A stretch of 64,000 nucleotides of DNA, taken from positions 6,590 through 70,589 of the forward strand of contig CAQPBJ010000007.1 of NCBI GenBank assembly GCA_948852945.1. Reading direction: 5' to 3'. Under the pieces are notes generated by a model, which was not told the DNA's origin, searched no databases, and was given only the letters and a program-made list of their open reading frames with translations. Position 1 is the stretch's first letter, and each line of letters begins with the position of its first letter. A program made the position numbers and the translations under genes. Source of the stretch: an uncultured Clostridia bacterium (GTDB lineage: Bacteria; Bacillota; Clostridia; TANB77; CAG-508). Below are positions 37,966 through 47,933 of this stretch, piece by piece.

Positions 37966-39492
37966 ATGAGAAATAATCGAGGAAGAAGGTTTGATGATGA
38001 ACCTAAGTTAAATATAAAAAAAGTTATAGCAACAATATTAGCATTTGTAGTTTTAGTTATGGTAATTGCATCAATTATTATGATTATAAATAAAAAGAAT
38101 AAGCAGCAAATACTTAATCCGGGAGTAACTAAATATTTTTCAGCGTATGTGGATTCTAAGTGGAGTGTTATCAATAGTAGAGGTGAACAATTAACAAATA
38201 TTGTTTATGATGAAATGCTTATAATTCCTGATGAAACTAAAAGTATATTTATAGCTACTTATGATGTAGATTATACAAATGGAAGCTTTAAAACTAAAGC
38301 AATAAATGAAAAAAATGAGCAATTATTTTCAGAGTATAATAATGTGGCAGCTATAGTAAATTATACGTCTTTAGATGATGTTTGGTATGATACAGAAGTT
38401 TTAACTTTTGAAAAAGATGGAAAATATGGTTTAATTGATTTTTCAGGAAAACAAGTTTTACCAGCAGAATATGAAGAAATTACTGCATTACAAGGAATTA
38501 CTAAAACCGTAGTAATTAAAAAAGATGGAAAATATGGTTTATTTAATAGTGTATCTAAAACTAAATTTTTAGATGAAAATTATACTTCAATATCAGCTTT
38601 CGGAGATACTTATAATGCGGGATATATTATTACAGATACAAATAGTAAATTAGGTTTAGTGAGTTCAGAAGGAAAAATAATATTAGAAAATAAATATGAT
38701 GGAATAGATAAAGTTTCAGGTTCTGATATGTATGTTGTATCAGAAGGTGGAAAAAAAGAATTAATTACTAAAGACGGAACTGTAGTTTTAAATGCAGGAT
38801 TTGAAGAGATTACATCTATAGATGGAGATTATTTATTAATTAAAAACATAGGAAAATATGGAGTTATTGATAAAGCAGGTACAGTTATAATTGATACAGC
38901 TTTTGATAGTATGAAGAGTTGTTTTTCAGGAATGTATATTGTTAGTACAGCCGGAAAATATGGAGTTATTGATTTAGCTAAAAATATAAGAGTTGAGATA
39001 AAATATACAAATATCGAATACAGAAGTGATATTGCTTCACTTGTTTGCGAAAATGAAGATTTTACAACAGATGTATATACACGTGATTTAAATTTAGTAT
39101 TTACAGGTACAATTGCTAAAGCAGATGCGGAAAAAGGCTATATAAGAGCTAGAGTAGGAGATGAGTATAAATATTATAATTTACAATATCAAGAGATAAG
39201 CAATATAGAAGCATTAAAAAATAATACATTATTTTTAGTTAAAGAAAATGGAAAATATGGTTATGTAAATAATAAAAATGAAAAAGTTGTTGAATGCATA
39301 TATGATGATGCTAGAGAGCAAAACGAGTTTGGATTTGCAGCAGTAAATAAAGATGGAAAATGGGGAGTACTACAAAGTAATGGAGCAGTTTTATTAGAAC
39401 CATCAGTAGTATTAGATAACAATATACATATTGATTTTATAGGACAATGGCATTTAAACGAAAATGGAGAGCTTAATACATATACAAAATAA
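37966..39492 (+). CDS. membrane-anchored WG-repeat (KWG-type) protein
   Basis: N-terminal TM, then about 8 repeats of the type DGKYGLIDFSGKQVLPAEYEEI. Confidence 0.75.
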   Translation: MRNNRGRRFDDEPKLNIKKVIATILAFVVLVMVIASIIMIINKKNKQQILNPGVTKYFSAYVDSKWSVINSRGEQLTNIVYDEMLIIPDETKSIFIATYDVDYTNGSFKTKAINEKNEQLFSEYNNVAAIVNYTSLDDVWYDTEVLTFEKDGKYGLIDFSGKQVLPAEYEEITALQGITKTVVIKKDGKYGLFNSVSKTKFLDENYTSISAFGDTYNAGYIITDTNSKLGLVSSEGKIILENKYDGIDKVSGSDMYVVSEGGKKELITKDGTVVLNAGFEEITSIDGDYLLIKNIGKYGVIDKAGTVIIDTAFDSMKSCFSGMYIVSTAGKYGVIDLAKNIRVEIKYTNIEYRSDIASLVCENEDFTTDVYTRDLNLVFTGTIAKADAEKGYIRARVGDEYKYYNLQYQEISNIEALKNNTLFLVKENGKYGYVNNKNEKVVECIYDDAREQNEFGFAAVNKDGKWGVLQSNGAVLLEPSVVLDNNIHIDFIGQWHLNENGELNTYTK

Positions 39493-39522
39493 AATAAACT
39501 TTACAAAAGAGGAGAAAAAATC

Positions 39523-40755
39523 TTGGAATTATCATTTAAATATCAATATACGTATTTCTTATATCCGTATATTATTGAAAGTGAAAAATACGAAAAATAT
39601 TTATTAAGATTATTGAAAGATAAAAAAGTAACACTTAGAATTTTTGAAAAAGAAAAAGACTTAGATATTTATAACTATTTTAGTTCTAATATCAGACAAA
39701 ACTTGTTTCCAACGTTTGAACTAAGGGATAATGATTTGAAGAATTTTAGAGAATTAAATACTGAAAAGAAAGCTAAAATATTATCAAAACATAGTTGTGT
39801 TTGTTTTGAATATATGCTTGGTCAAACTGTTGATGGAAATGAACAAGAAAATGGGGTAATATTTAATATTCCTAAAATAGATATTATTTGTTTTAATACT
39901 GGAATTTGTTTTGTAAGTATAAAGACCACAATAGATCAAAGTAACAAATTTTCTGATATTCTAAACTTTAATTATAAATTTAAAGAAATTAATTCAGAAT
40001 TTGCTAGTTTAAAACAGTACGATAATATTAATATTCAAACAGAGATGTTAGAAGATGTAGGACAAATTAATGATATAATTAGAGAGATTACTGGAAATCA
40101 AAAACAATCAGAAGGAATAGAAAATAAATTTTATACTTTGGGATATACATGTATTCCATCTGAATATTGGAATGACAGAAATGAGTTTGAGAATTTTGAA
40201 AATGAGTTTTTGAAGTATGTAAATACGTTTCCAAGTAATTATATTACTGATTTAAACAAAGAGAGTGAAGAACAGAACTTAAGTATTATATCTAAATTAA
40301 AATATTCACGTACAGGAATAACAAAGTCAAATTGTAATTTGCTTTGTTCAACTGTAGATATGTATAATTATACGAAATTACCTTATGAATATGAGACAGT
40401 AATTTATTATACTTATGTACTTAGGTTATATCAAAAAATATTTTTGACACAAGTAAATTCAGAATTTAGAAGTTATGATAAGATTATTTATATACGTAAA
40501 AAATTTATAGAATTTACTAAGACAATGTGGGCAAAAGAAGTTACAAATGATGATACAGGTAGTTTATATTATAAAATTTTAGGTTCTTCATTTGAATTAG
40601 AAGAATTATTTGAACAAATAAGAAAAAAATATGAAATTATATATAAAGATTTAGATATAGAAAAAAATAATAGAAATTATAGTATTATGGTTATGTTACT
40701 TATATTGTCATTAATTTTAAACACATTTACTATAATTGCATATATGTTTATATGA
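39523..40755 (+). CDS. hypothetical protein with C-terminal TM anchor
   Basis: 410-aa ORF with a TTG start after GAGGAG. Single C-terminal hydrophobic helix. I recognise no family. Confidence 0.5.
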   Translation: MELSFKYQYTYFLYPYIIESEKYEKYLLRLLKDKKVTLRIFEKEKDLDIYNYFSSNIRQNLFPTFELRDNDLKNFRELNTEKKAKILSKHSCVCFEYMLGQTVDGNEQENGVIFNIPKIDIICFNTGICFVSIKTTIDQSNKFSDILNFNYKFKEINSEFASLKQYDNINIQTEMLEDVGQINDIIREITGNQKQSEGIENKFYTLGYTCIPSEYWNDRNEFENFENEFLKYVNTFPSNYITDLNKESEEQNLSIISKLKYSRTGITKSNCNLLCSTVDMYNYTKLPYEYETVIYYTYVLRLYQKIFLTQVNSEFRSYDKIIYIRKKFIEFTKTMWAKEVTNDDTGSLYYKILGSSFELEELFEQIRKKYEIIYKDLDIEKNNRNYSIMVMLLILSLILNTFTIIAYMFI

Positions 40756-40768
40756 CAGGGAGAAAAAA

Positions 40769-41131
40769 TTGAAAGTTTCTTGTGGTACAGATATTATTGA
40801 AATTAATAGAATAAAGAAAACTATTGATAGATTAGGCAATAAATTTATAACTACAATTTTTACTGAAAAGGAAATTGAATATTGTGAAAGTCATAGAGAA
40901 AATAAATATCAACATTATGCTGCTAGATTTGCATTAAAAGAAGCTATATATAAGGCACTATCTGAAATTGTTGAAACAGAGAAGCTTACTTGGAAAAATT
41001 TTGAAGTTATAAATTATGATGGGGGAAAACCAAAAATAAAAATTGACTGTGAAAAGGTTGAAAGTATAGATGTTTCTATTTCACATTGTAAAGAGTACGC
41101 AATTGCGACTGTAGTAGTTTTATATAAATAA
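40769..41131 (+). CDS. acpS: holo-[acyl-carrier-protein] synthase
   Basis: GTDIIEINRI..FTEKE..ARFALKEAIYKAL..SISH motifs. The start is taken as TTG 40769 behind AGGGAG (the ORF track opens at 40736). Confidence 0.85.
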   Translation: MKVSCGTDIIEINRIKKTIDRLGNKFITTIFTEKEIEYCESHRENKYQHYAARFALKEAIYKALSEIVETEKLTWKNFEVINYDGGKPKIKIDCEKVESIDVSISHCKEYAIATVVVLYK

Positions 41132-41150
41132 TAAATTTTAGGAGGTACAA

Positions 41151-41561
41151 ATGAAAAGTGAGAGAGCTGTAACTATGATAGTATTAGTGGTTACAATAAT
41201 AGTATTATTGATAATTGCAGGAATTACGATATCATATGTTATTGGAGAAGATGGTACAATTTCTCAAGCATCTAATGCGAGCTTTGAAGCGGAATTAGAT
41301 CAAATAATTGAATTGATTAATGAAAAGCAAGATACATTTAACTTAGAAGAGGAAAGAACTACTCATCTTTTATCTGATTCTGATAAGCAAAGTATTTTAA
41401 GTGATAGATATAATGTAGAAGATGAGAATAAAAAAGTTATGGATATTGAAGTTGAATATGAAAATGCAGAAATTAAGTTAATATTGACATATAAAAAATC
41501 TGCTTTTAATGATAAACAAATAGAAATCTTAAATAAAAAAGGTGCACAACCTATGAAATAA
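41151..41561 (+). CDS. small secreted or anchored protein with pilin-like N-terminal hydrophobic segment
   Basis: 136 aa. N-terminus MKSERAVTMIVLVVTIIVLLIIAG is paralogous to the N-terminus of ORF 58332. Confidence 0.5.
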   Translation: MKSERAVTMIVLVVTIIVLLIIAGITISYVIGEDGTISQASNASFEAELDQIIELINEKQDTFNLEEERTTHLLSDSDKQSILSDRYNVEDENKKVMDIEVEYENAEIKLILTYKKSAFNDKQIEILNKKGAQPMK

Positions 41562-41586
41562 TAAAATTTTGTTATAATTAAAAAAA

Positions 41587-41618
41587 ACAATCATATTTTA
41601 TAGTATGATTGTTTTTTT
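41587..41618 (+). terminator. rho-independent terminator
   Basis: ACAATCATA (41587-41595) pairs with TATGATTGT (41604-41612), followed by T6-7. Overlaps the first ATG of the called cwlD ORF. Confidence 0.65.
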
Positions 41619-42321
41619 AGATAGAAAAAAGATAGGTATGGTTTTATTAGGAATATTTTGTTTTTCAGCAGTATTATGTACCAGTGTAAACAATACTAGA
41701 GAATCTATATTGGTGTCTGCTACACCTGTTTCGTCAAAAGTAATTGTATTGGATGCTGGACATGGAAAACCTGATGGTGGAGCAGAAAGCCCTAATGGAA
41801 TTACTGAAGAAAAAACTAATTTAGATATAGTACTTAAAGTACAAAAATATTTAGAGGAGAGTGGAAGTACAGTTATTTTAACTAGATCAGATGAAAATGG
41901 AATTCATGATTTAGATAAACAGACACTTAAAGAAAAGAAAGTTTCTGATGCAAAAAATAGAGTTAAAATAGGAAATGAGGCATCTGCTGATATTTTTGTT
42001 TCGATTCATTTAAATAAAGGTGAAAGTTCACAATATAATGGATGGCAAACTTTTTATAGAGAGAATGATGAGAATGGAAAGAGATTAGCTAAATGTGTTC
42101 AAGATGGATTAAAAGAAACAATAAAGGTTGAAAACAAAAGAACTGAAAACGCAATAAAAGGAATTTATATAACTGATCATGTAGAAATTCCGATAACTAT
42201 TGTTGAATGTGGCTTTTTATCTAATCCACAAGAAGAAAAGAAATTGATAACAGATGAATATCAAAATGAATTAGCATGGGGAATATATACAGGAATATTA
42301 AATTATTTTAACTCAAATTAA
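41605..42321 (+). CDS. cwlD: N-acetylmuramoyl-L-alanine amidase CwlD (germination-specific, amidase_3)
   Basis: VIVLDAGHGKPDGGA..SIHLN..ECGFLSN motifs. The likely true start is ATG 41638, because 41605 lies inside the upstream terminator hairpin. Confidence 0.8.
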   Translation: MIVFLDRKKIGMVLLGIFCFSAVLCTSVNNTRESILVSATPVSSKVIVLDAGHGKPDGGAESPNGITEEKTNLDIVLKVQKYLEESGSTVILTRSDENGIHDLDKQTLKEKKVSDAKNRVKIGNEASADIFVSIHLNKGESSQYNGWQTFYRENDENGKRLAKCVQDGLKETIKVENKRTENAIKGIYITDHVEIPITIVECGFLSNPQEEKKLITDEYQNELAWGIYTGILNYFNSN

Positions 42322-42329
42322 AATTGAAT

Positions 42330-42492
42330 AATACAAAGACAGTGATATAAAATTTAAAATTTGCTCTTCGCAATCTCCGAATAAAAAACTTCGTTTTTAT
42401 ATTGTAGATTGCTCAAATTCGCACTTCATTCACTACGTTCATTTTGTTTGGTCGCTAGCGCATTTTAAATTTTATATCACTGTCTTTGTATT
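42330..42492 (-). repeat. hairpin-flanked intergenic element, full copy 1
   Basis: 31-bp perfect inverted arms (42330-42360 and 42462-42492) enclose a ~100-nt core containing TTGCTCTTCGCAA, GATTGCTCAAATTCGCAC and GGTCGCTAGCGC. Fills the whole gap between convergent stop codons. Confidence 0.8.
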
Positions 42493-43437
42493 TTAGACTT
42501 TTAATTTTTTAATTTCTTTAGCTTCTTTATATAGTTGAGCTATATGTTCTTTTCTATTTTTGTAAGAAATTTTATATTCATTTAGAGCATTTTCAAAGTT
42601 ATCTATAGTTTCGCCATTGCTTTTTCTCAAATACATTTCAACTCCTTGTTTGAAATATTCTTTTTTAGATTCAGAATTAGTTGATAAGTATTTTTTATAG
42701 TATTTTTCAGCTTCATTTAGACGTTTAATTTCTTCTTCAATAAATTGCACATATTCAGATCTAACTACTATTTCATATTCGGTATCTTCTAAAATGACTT
42801 TAAATAGGGCTTTTAATATTTTTTTATCAATTTTGCCAACAGTTGCATCTTTGATAATCATTTTTATACCTTCTTTGGGCTTTAAAGGCTCTGAATTTTG
42901 AATTAATATATTAAGGGTATCAATTATACCAATATGTGTTTTGTATTGCCTTTTGGCGCTTATGGCTTCAAATTCATCAGCAACACGTATAATTTGGGCT
43001 TCATAAGGAATATCTTTTTTTGTTAATCCTTGAGGATAGCCGGATCCATTTAATGCTTCGTGGTGATAATATGCTCCAGCAGCATATGGTCTAAGTTTTA
43101 AATCTTTCATGCACATATTGTATCCAATTGTTGTATGAGTTTTCATTATTTCATATTCTTCATCAGTAAGTTTAGATGTTTTTTGTAGTACAGAAGGGGG
43201 AATAAATAATTTACCTAAATCATGAAGATATGCGCAAATTGTACAATAAATTGTAAAACCTTCTTCACAGTGTAGATGTTCACAAAGTCTACATGTTATT
43301 GTGGCAACATTTTCACAATGTTTTCGTGTATAAGCATCTAAACTATCCAAACAACCAAGCTGATATCTCATTGCAGAATCAAGGTTGTAAGATTTTAACG
43401 AAGTTCTGTCATAAAAGTCAAATTCGGGATCTTTCAT
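42493..43437 (-). CDS. HD-GYP-type HD-domain phosphohydrolase
   Basis: LHDLGK.. and HHEALNGSGYPQGL (HD-GYP signature), plus a C-terminal coiled-coil extension. Confidence 0.8.
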   Translation of the reverse strand: MKDPEFDFYDRTSLKSYNLDSAMRYQLGCLDSLDAYTRKHCENVATITCRLCEHLHCEEGFTIYCTICAYLHDLGKLFIPPSVLQKTSKLTDEEYEIMKTHTTIGYNMCMKDLKLRPYAAGAYYHHEALNGSGYPQGLTKKDIPYEAQIIRVADEFEAISAKRQYKTHIGIIDTLNILIQNSEPLKPKEGIKMIIKDATVGKIDKKILKALFKVILEDTEYEIVVRSEYVQFIEEEIKRLNEAEKYYKKYLSTNSESKKEYFKQGVEMYLRKSNGETIDNFENALNEYKISYKNRKEHIAQLYKEAKEIKKLKV

Positions 43438-43578
43438 TTAATCTCTCCTATCATTTGTAAGAATTATAATTATAATATCTCTAAGAACTAATTTGGTCAA
43501 GTGAAAAGCTTGATTAAATTAGAAAATTAATATATTATATGAATGCATAATTAAGAATAGATAAGAAGAGGAAATAAG

Positions 43579-46500
43579 ATGTATTTAAAGAGAATCGAAT
43601 TAGAAGGTTTTAAATCATTTGCAGATAAAACAGTTTTAGAATTTATGTCAGGAATTACTACGGTTATAGGACCTAATGGTTCTGGTAAAAGTAACATAGC
43701 AGATGCTATTAGATGGGTACTTGGAGAGCAAAGTATGAAATCTTTAAGAGGTGCTAAAACAGAAGATGTTATTTTTGCTGGAACTCAAAATAGAAAATCA
43801 TTGGGATTTGCAGAAGTTTCAATGGTATTAGATAATTCAGATCAGAAATTACCAATTGAATTTTCAGAGGTAATAGTAACTAGAAGATTATATAGAAGTG
43901 GTGAATCAGGATATTTTATAAATAAAACACCTTGTAGGTTAAAAGATGTACTTGAACTTTTTATGGATACAGGTATTGGAAAAGATGGGTATTCAATAGT
44001 AGGACAAGGTAAGATAGATGAGATTCTAAGTAATAAATCTGAAGAGAGAAGACATGTATTTGAAGAGGCTGCAGGTATTGTTAAATATAGAGTAAGAAAA
44101 CAAGAATCTGAAAAAAAGATGGAACAATCTAAGTTAAATTTATTAAGAATTAATGACATTATTTCAGAAATTGAAGTAAATATTGAACCAACTAGATTAC
44201 AGTCCGAAAAAGCAAAAGAATATTTAAAACTAAGAGATGAATTAAAAACCATTGAAATCGGGCTTTTCTTGTATAACATCGAAGATTATAAGAAAAAAAT
44301 AGAAGAAGTTGTAAGCAATGAAGATATTTTTAATACTCAATTAGTAAGAGAAAATGAGAGATTAGCTAATATTCAAGATTTGAAGGAAGAACTTAGAAGT
44401 ACTTTAGATAAAATAACTGAGCAAATAGAAAAAATGCAAAATTTAGGTTTTGAGAATGAAAGAAAAAATGTACAAATAAAATCTGATATTAGTTTAAATA
44501 CCGAAAAAATAAATAATAATAACGAAAATATAAAACGTTTAGAAGAAGAAATTGCTGATAATAACGAAAAAATTGCAATATTAGAAGAAGAAATTGGAAC
44601 TAAAAAAGGTAAGAAAGATGGCTTGAACCAAAATAAAGAAAAATTTGTTAAAGAATTGGAAGAAAAAGAAGCAAAACTTAAAGAGTTAACTGGCAATATG
44701 TCTGAAAAAGAGTTAGAAATTGAAGCTAAAAAGAAGAAATTTGATGATAATATCAATGAAAAATTCGAAATTTCTAATACAATATCAACATTAATTGCTA
44801 ATTCAGAAAATGCAAAATTACGTAAAAAAGTTATTAAAGAAGAAATTGATAGTAATATTTCTGAGTTAGATTCTTCTAGATTATCAAAGTCAGAAATTTC
44901 TCAAAAATTTACTGAAATAGAGGCAAAAAGAGATAAAATTAAAGAGAAATTATCAAAGAAAAACAAATCAAAAGAAGAACTAGAAAGTAAACTTAAAGAA
45001 AGTACTTTAAAATTTAATCAATATGAAACTACATTAAGAATGAAAGATTCAAGATTAAGATTTCTTGAGGAGACTGAAAAAGAAAAAGAAGGCTATATTA
45101 AAAGTGTTAAAGAATTATTAAAAGAATGCGAAAAAAATGGAAGCTTAAAGAAGGGCGTTCATGGAGTCATAGCGAATTTAATTAATGTTCCTAAGGAATA
45201 TGAAGTTGCAATTGAAATGTGTTTAGGTTCAGTTATGCAAAATGTTGTAACAGATACAGAAGAAGACGCTAAAAGATTAGTAGAACATTTAAGAAAATTT
45301 AATTTAGGTAGAGCTAGCTTTTTACCAATTAGCTCTGTAAAAGGAAAGAAATTAGATAAAATAAAATCTGAAAAAGGGGTAATTGGAATTGCTTCAGATT
45401 TAGTTAAATTTGATAAAAAATATGAAGCAATTGTACTTAATTTATTAGGAAAAACAGTTATTGTTGATAATATGGATAATGCTATTTCAATAGCTAGAAA
45501 AAATTCATACGGATTTAGAATAGTTACTTTAGAAGGTGATGTTTTAAATTCTTCAGGAAGCATTAGTGGTGGTAGTGTTCAAACTAAAACTGTTAATATT
45601 TTAGGTAGATCTAGAGAGATAGAAGAACTAAAAAAAGAAATAAAAGAATTAGAAAAAACAGTTAAATCTTTGAGAGAAGAAAAAGAGAAAAATGGAAAAG
45701 AAATAGAAAATATTTTAAAAGAAATAGCTGAATTTGATAATGAATTAAAAGAAATTGAAATTATTTATGCTACTGAAAAACAAAAAGTTACATCTATAGA
45801 AGAAGCTGTAGAAAAAGTAGAAACAAGATTAGAAAAATTAAAATTAGAGCAAAAAGATATTGACGAAAGAGTAAAAGAAAATACGACAAAACAAGAAGAA
45901 TTAGAAACAAGAAAAACTCAAATAGATGATGAAAATAGTGAATTAAATAAAGAAATATTAGAGTTTAATAGTAAAAATAAAGATACACAAAGTATTGTAG
46001 ATGAGCTTAATTTTGATATTACTAATTTGAAAATATCAGTATCTTCTTTTGATGAAAGTGAATTGTCATTAGAGGAAATGCTAGAGAGAATAAATCAAGA
46101 TATAGAAAATCTTAAAAAATCATCTGAAAATAAAGAAATACAAAGATCAAAAATGTATAAAGATAATGAAAATTTAGAAAAAACTAATATAGAATTAAAC
46201 GAGAAAATAGAAGCACTTGTTTTAGATGTGTCTAATAGTGGAAGTAAAGTTGAAGAGCTAAAAAAAGATAGAATAGCTAAGAATGCTAAATTAGAAGAGA
46301 CAGAAGAAAACTTTACAGCACAAATGAGCAAAATAGATGATTTAAAAGATCAAGTAAATAAATGTGATGTAAAAAAATCAAAATTTGAGTATGAACTTGA
46401 GCAGATTGTTAGCAAAATGTGGGAAGAATATGAACTTACTCCAAATGATCCAGGTGAGTATAAGAAACCAAAAAATATAGTTGAAGTTCAAAAGCAAGTA

Positions 46501-47124
46501 AATGATTTAAGAGCAAGTATGAAAGAGCTTGGAAATGTTAATATAGACGCTATTGAGGAATATAAAAAACTAAAAGAACGTTATGATTTTATGAATGAAC
46601 AACGTTTAGATTTAGAAACAACTATGTCAAAATTAAGAAAAATGATAAATGATATGACAAACATTATGAAAGAGCAATTTGCTGAAAGATTTAAAATAAT
46701 AAATAAAAACTTTTCTGAGATTTTTATTGAGTTATTTGGTGGAGGTAAAGCTGAATTAAGGCTTACAGATGAAAGTAATTTATTAGAGTCAGGAATAGAA
46801 ATTGAAGTACAGCCACCTGGTAAAAAGCTTCAAAACATGATGCTTTTATCTGGTGGAGAAAGGGCTTTTACGGCTATTGCGCTATTATTTGCAATATTAA
46901 AAATAAATCCAGCTCCACTTTGCGTGTTAGATGAAATTGAAGCTGCTCTTGATGATGTAAATGTTTATAGATTTGCTGAATATTTAAAGAAATTTGCAGG
47001 AGATTCACAATTTTTAGTTATAACACATAGAAAGGGTACTATGGAAGCTTCAAATACAGTCTATGGAATAACAATGGAGGAAAAAGGTATTTCAAAATTG
47101 TTATCATTAGACTTAAAAAAATAA
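43579..47124 (+). CDS. smc: chromosome segregation protein SMC
   Basis: 1181 aa. N-terminal Walker A GPNGSGKSN, long coiled coils, hinge, and C-terminal LSGGERAFTAIALLFA and D-loop VLDEIEAALD. Confidence 0.95.
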   Translation: MYLKRIELEGFKSFADKTVLEFMSGITTVIGPNGSGKSNIADAIRWVLGEQSMKSLRGAKTEDVIFAGTQNRKSLGFAEVSMVLDNSDQKLPIEFSEVIVTRRLYRSGESGYFINKTPCRLKDVLELFMDTGIGKDGYSIVGQGKIDEILSNKSEERRHVFEEAAGIVKYRVRKQESEKKMEQSKLNLLRINDIISEIEVNIEPTRLQSEKAKEYLKLRDELKTIEIGLFLYNIEDYKKKIEEVVSNEDIFNTQLVRENERLANIQDLKEELRSTLDKITEQIEKMQNLGFENERKNVQIKSDISLNTEKINNNNENIKRLEEEIADNNEKIAILEEEIGTKKGKKDGLNQNKEKFVKELEEKEAKLKELTGNMSEKELEIEAKKKKFDDNINEKFEISNTISTLIANSENAKLRKKVIKEEIDSNISELDSSRLSKSEISQKFTEIEAKRDKIKEKLSKKNKSKEELESKLKESTLKFNQYETTLRMKDSRLRFLEETEKEKEGYIKSVKELLKECEKNGSLKKGVHGVIANLINVPKEYEVAIEMCLGSVMQNVVTDTEEDAKRLVEHLRKFNLGRASFLPISSVKGKKLDKIKSEKGVIGIASDLVKFDKKYEAIVLNLLGKTVIVDNMDNAISIARKNSYGFRIVTLEGDVLNSSGSISGGSVQTKTVNILGRSREIEELKKEIKELEKTVKSLREEKEKNGKEIENILKEIAEFDNELKEIEIIYATEKQKVTSIEEAVEKVETRLEKLKLEQKDIDERVKENTTKQEELETRKTQIDDENSELNKEILEFNSKNKDTQSIVDELNFDITNLKISVSSFDESELSLEEMLERINQDIENLKKSSENKEIQRSKMYKDNENLEKTNIELNEKIEALVLDVSNSGSKVEELKKDRIAKNAKLEETEENFTAQMSKIDDLKDQVNKCDVKKSKFEYELEQIVSKMWEEYELTPNDPGEYKKPKNIVEVQKQVNDLRASMKELGNVNIDAIEEYKKLKERYDFMNEQRLDLETTMSKLRKMINDMTNIMKEQFAERFKIINKNFSEIFIELFGGGKAELRLTDESNLLESGIEIEVQPPGKKLQNMMLLSGGERAFTAIALLFAILKINPAPLCVLDEIEAALDDVNVYRFAEYLKKFAGDSQFLVITHRKGTMEASNTVYGITMEEKGISKLLSLDLKK

Positions 47125-47135
47125 GAGGAAATATT

Positions 47136-47900
47136 ATGAATTTTTTTGATTCACATGCGCATTACAATGATGAAAGGTTTTTAGATATACGAGATAAATT
47201 GATAGAAGATATGTATAATGATGAAATTACTAACATTGTATGTGCAGGTTATAATTTAGAAGCATCAAAAGATGCAATTGAATTAGCTAAGAGATATCCA
47301 CATGTTTTCACAACATGTGGAATTTCACCTAATGATATAACAGAAAATGTTGATAAAGAGTTATTAGAAATTGAGAAAATTGCTAAATATGAAAAAAATG
47401 TTGCGATAGGAGAAATTGGTCTTGATTATTACTGGAATAAAGATAATAAAGAGTTGCAAAAACAAGTATTTATTAAACAAATAGAAATGGCCAATAGATT
47501 AGATTTACCCATAGTAATTCATACTCGTGAAGCGGTAATGGATACTGTTCAAATTTTAAAAGAACATCAGGTATTAAATAAAGGTGTTTTTCATTGCTGT
47601 CCATTAAATCAAGAGTTAATAAAAGAAGGGCTAAAGCTTGGATTTTATATATCTTTTAGTGGAAATGTTACTTTTAAAAATGCTAAATCTGCTGGTTGTA
47701 TAGAGCTTGTGCCAATGGATAAAATATTGATTGAGACGGATAGTCCTTATTTAGCTCCAGAGCCTCATAGAGGAGAGACTAATACTTCTTTATTTGTGAA
47801 GTATGTAGCACAGAAAATTGCTGAGGTTAAGGGTATTTCTTTAGAAGAGGTTGCAAATCAAACAAAAAGTAATGCGGAGGCAATTTTTAAAATTAAATAA
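47136..47900 (+). CDS. tatD: TatD-family metal-dependent hydrolase (YabD-like)
   Basis: FDSHAH N-terminus, ..EIGLDYYW.., IHTREA, ETDSPYL motifs. Confidence 0.9.
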   Translation: MNFFDSHAHYNDERFLDIRDKLIEDMYNDEITNIVCAGYNLEASKDAIELAKRYPHVFTTCGISPNDITENVDKELLEIEKIAKYEKNVAIGEIGLDYYWNKDNKELQKQVFIKQIEMANRLDLPIVIHTREAVMDTVQILKEHQVLNKGVFHCCPLNQELIKEGLKLGFYISFSGNVTFKNAKSAGCIELVPMDKILIETDSPYLAPEPHRGETNTSLFVKYVAQKIAEVKGISLEEVANQTKSNAEAIFKIK

Positions 47901-47933
47901 GGTATTCTATAATTAGAAATGTTGAAGTATTGC

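Noticed and set aside
42361-42461. The repeat-element core read as a transposase-less MITE, a group II intron fragment or a retron ncRNA
   Set aside because: There are no target-site duplications that I could identify. There is no reverse transcriptase or transposase gene nearby. The arms differ between copies, whereas ordinary MITE terminal repeats are conserved. The element is kept as an unclassified finding rather than given one of these labels.
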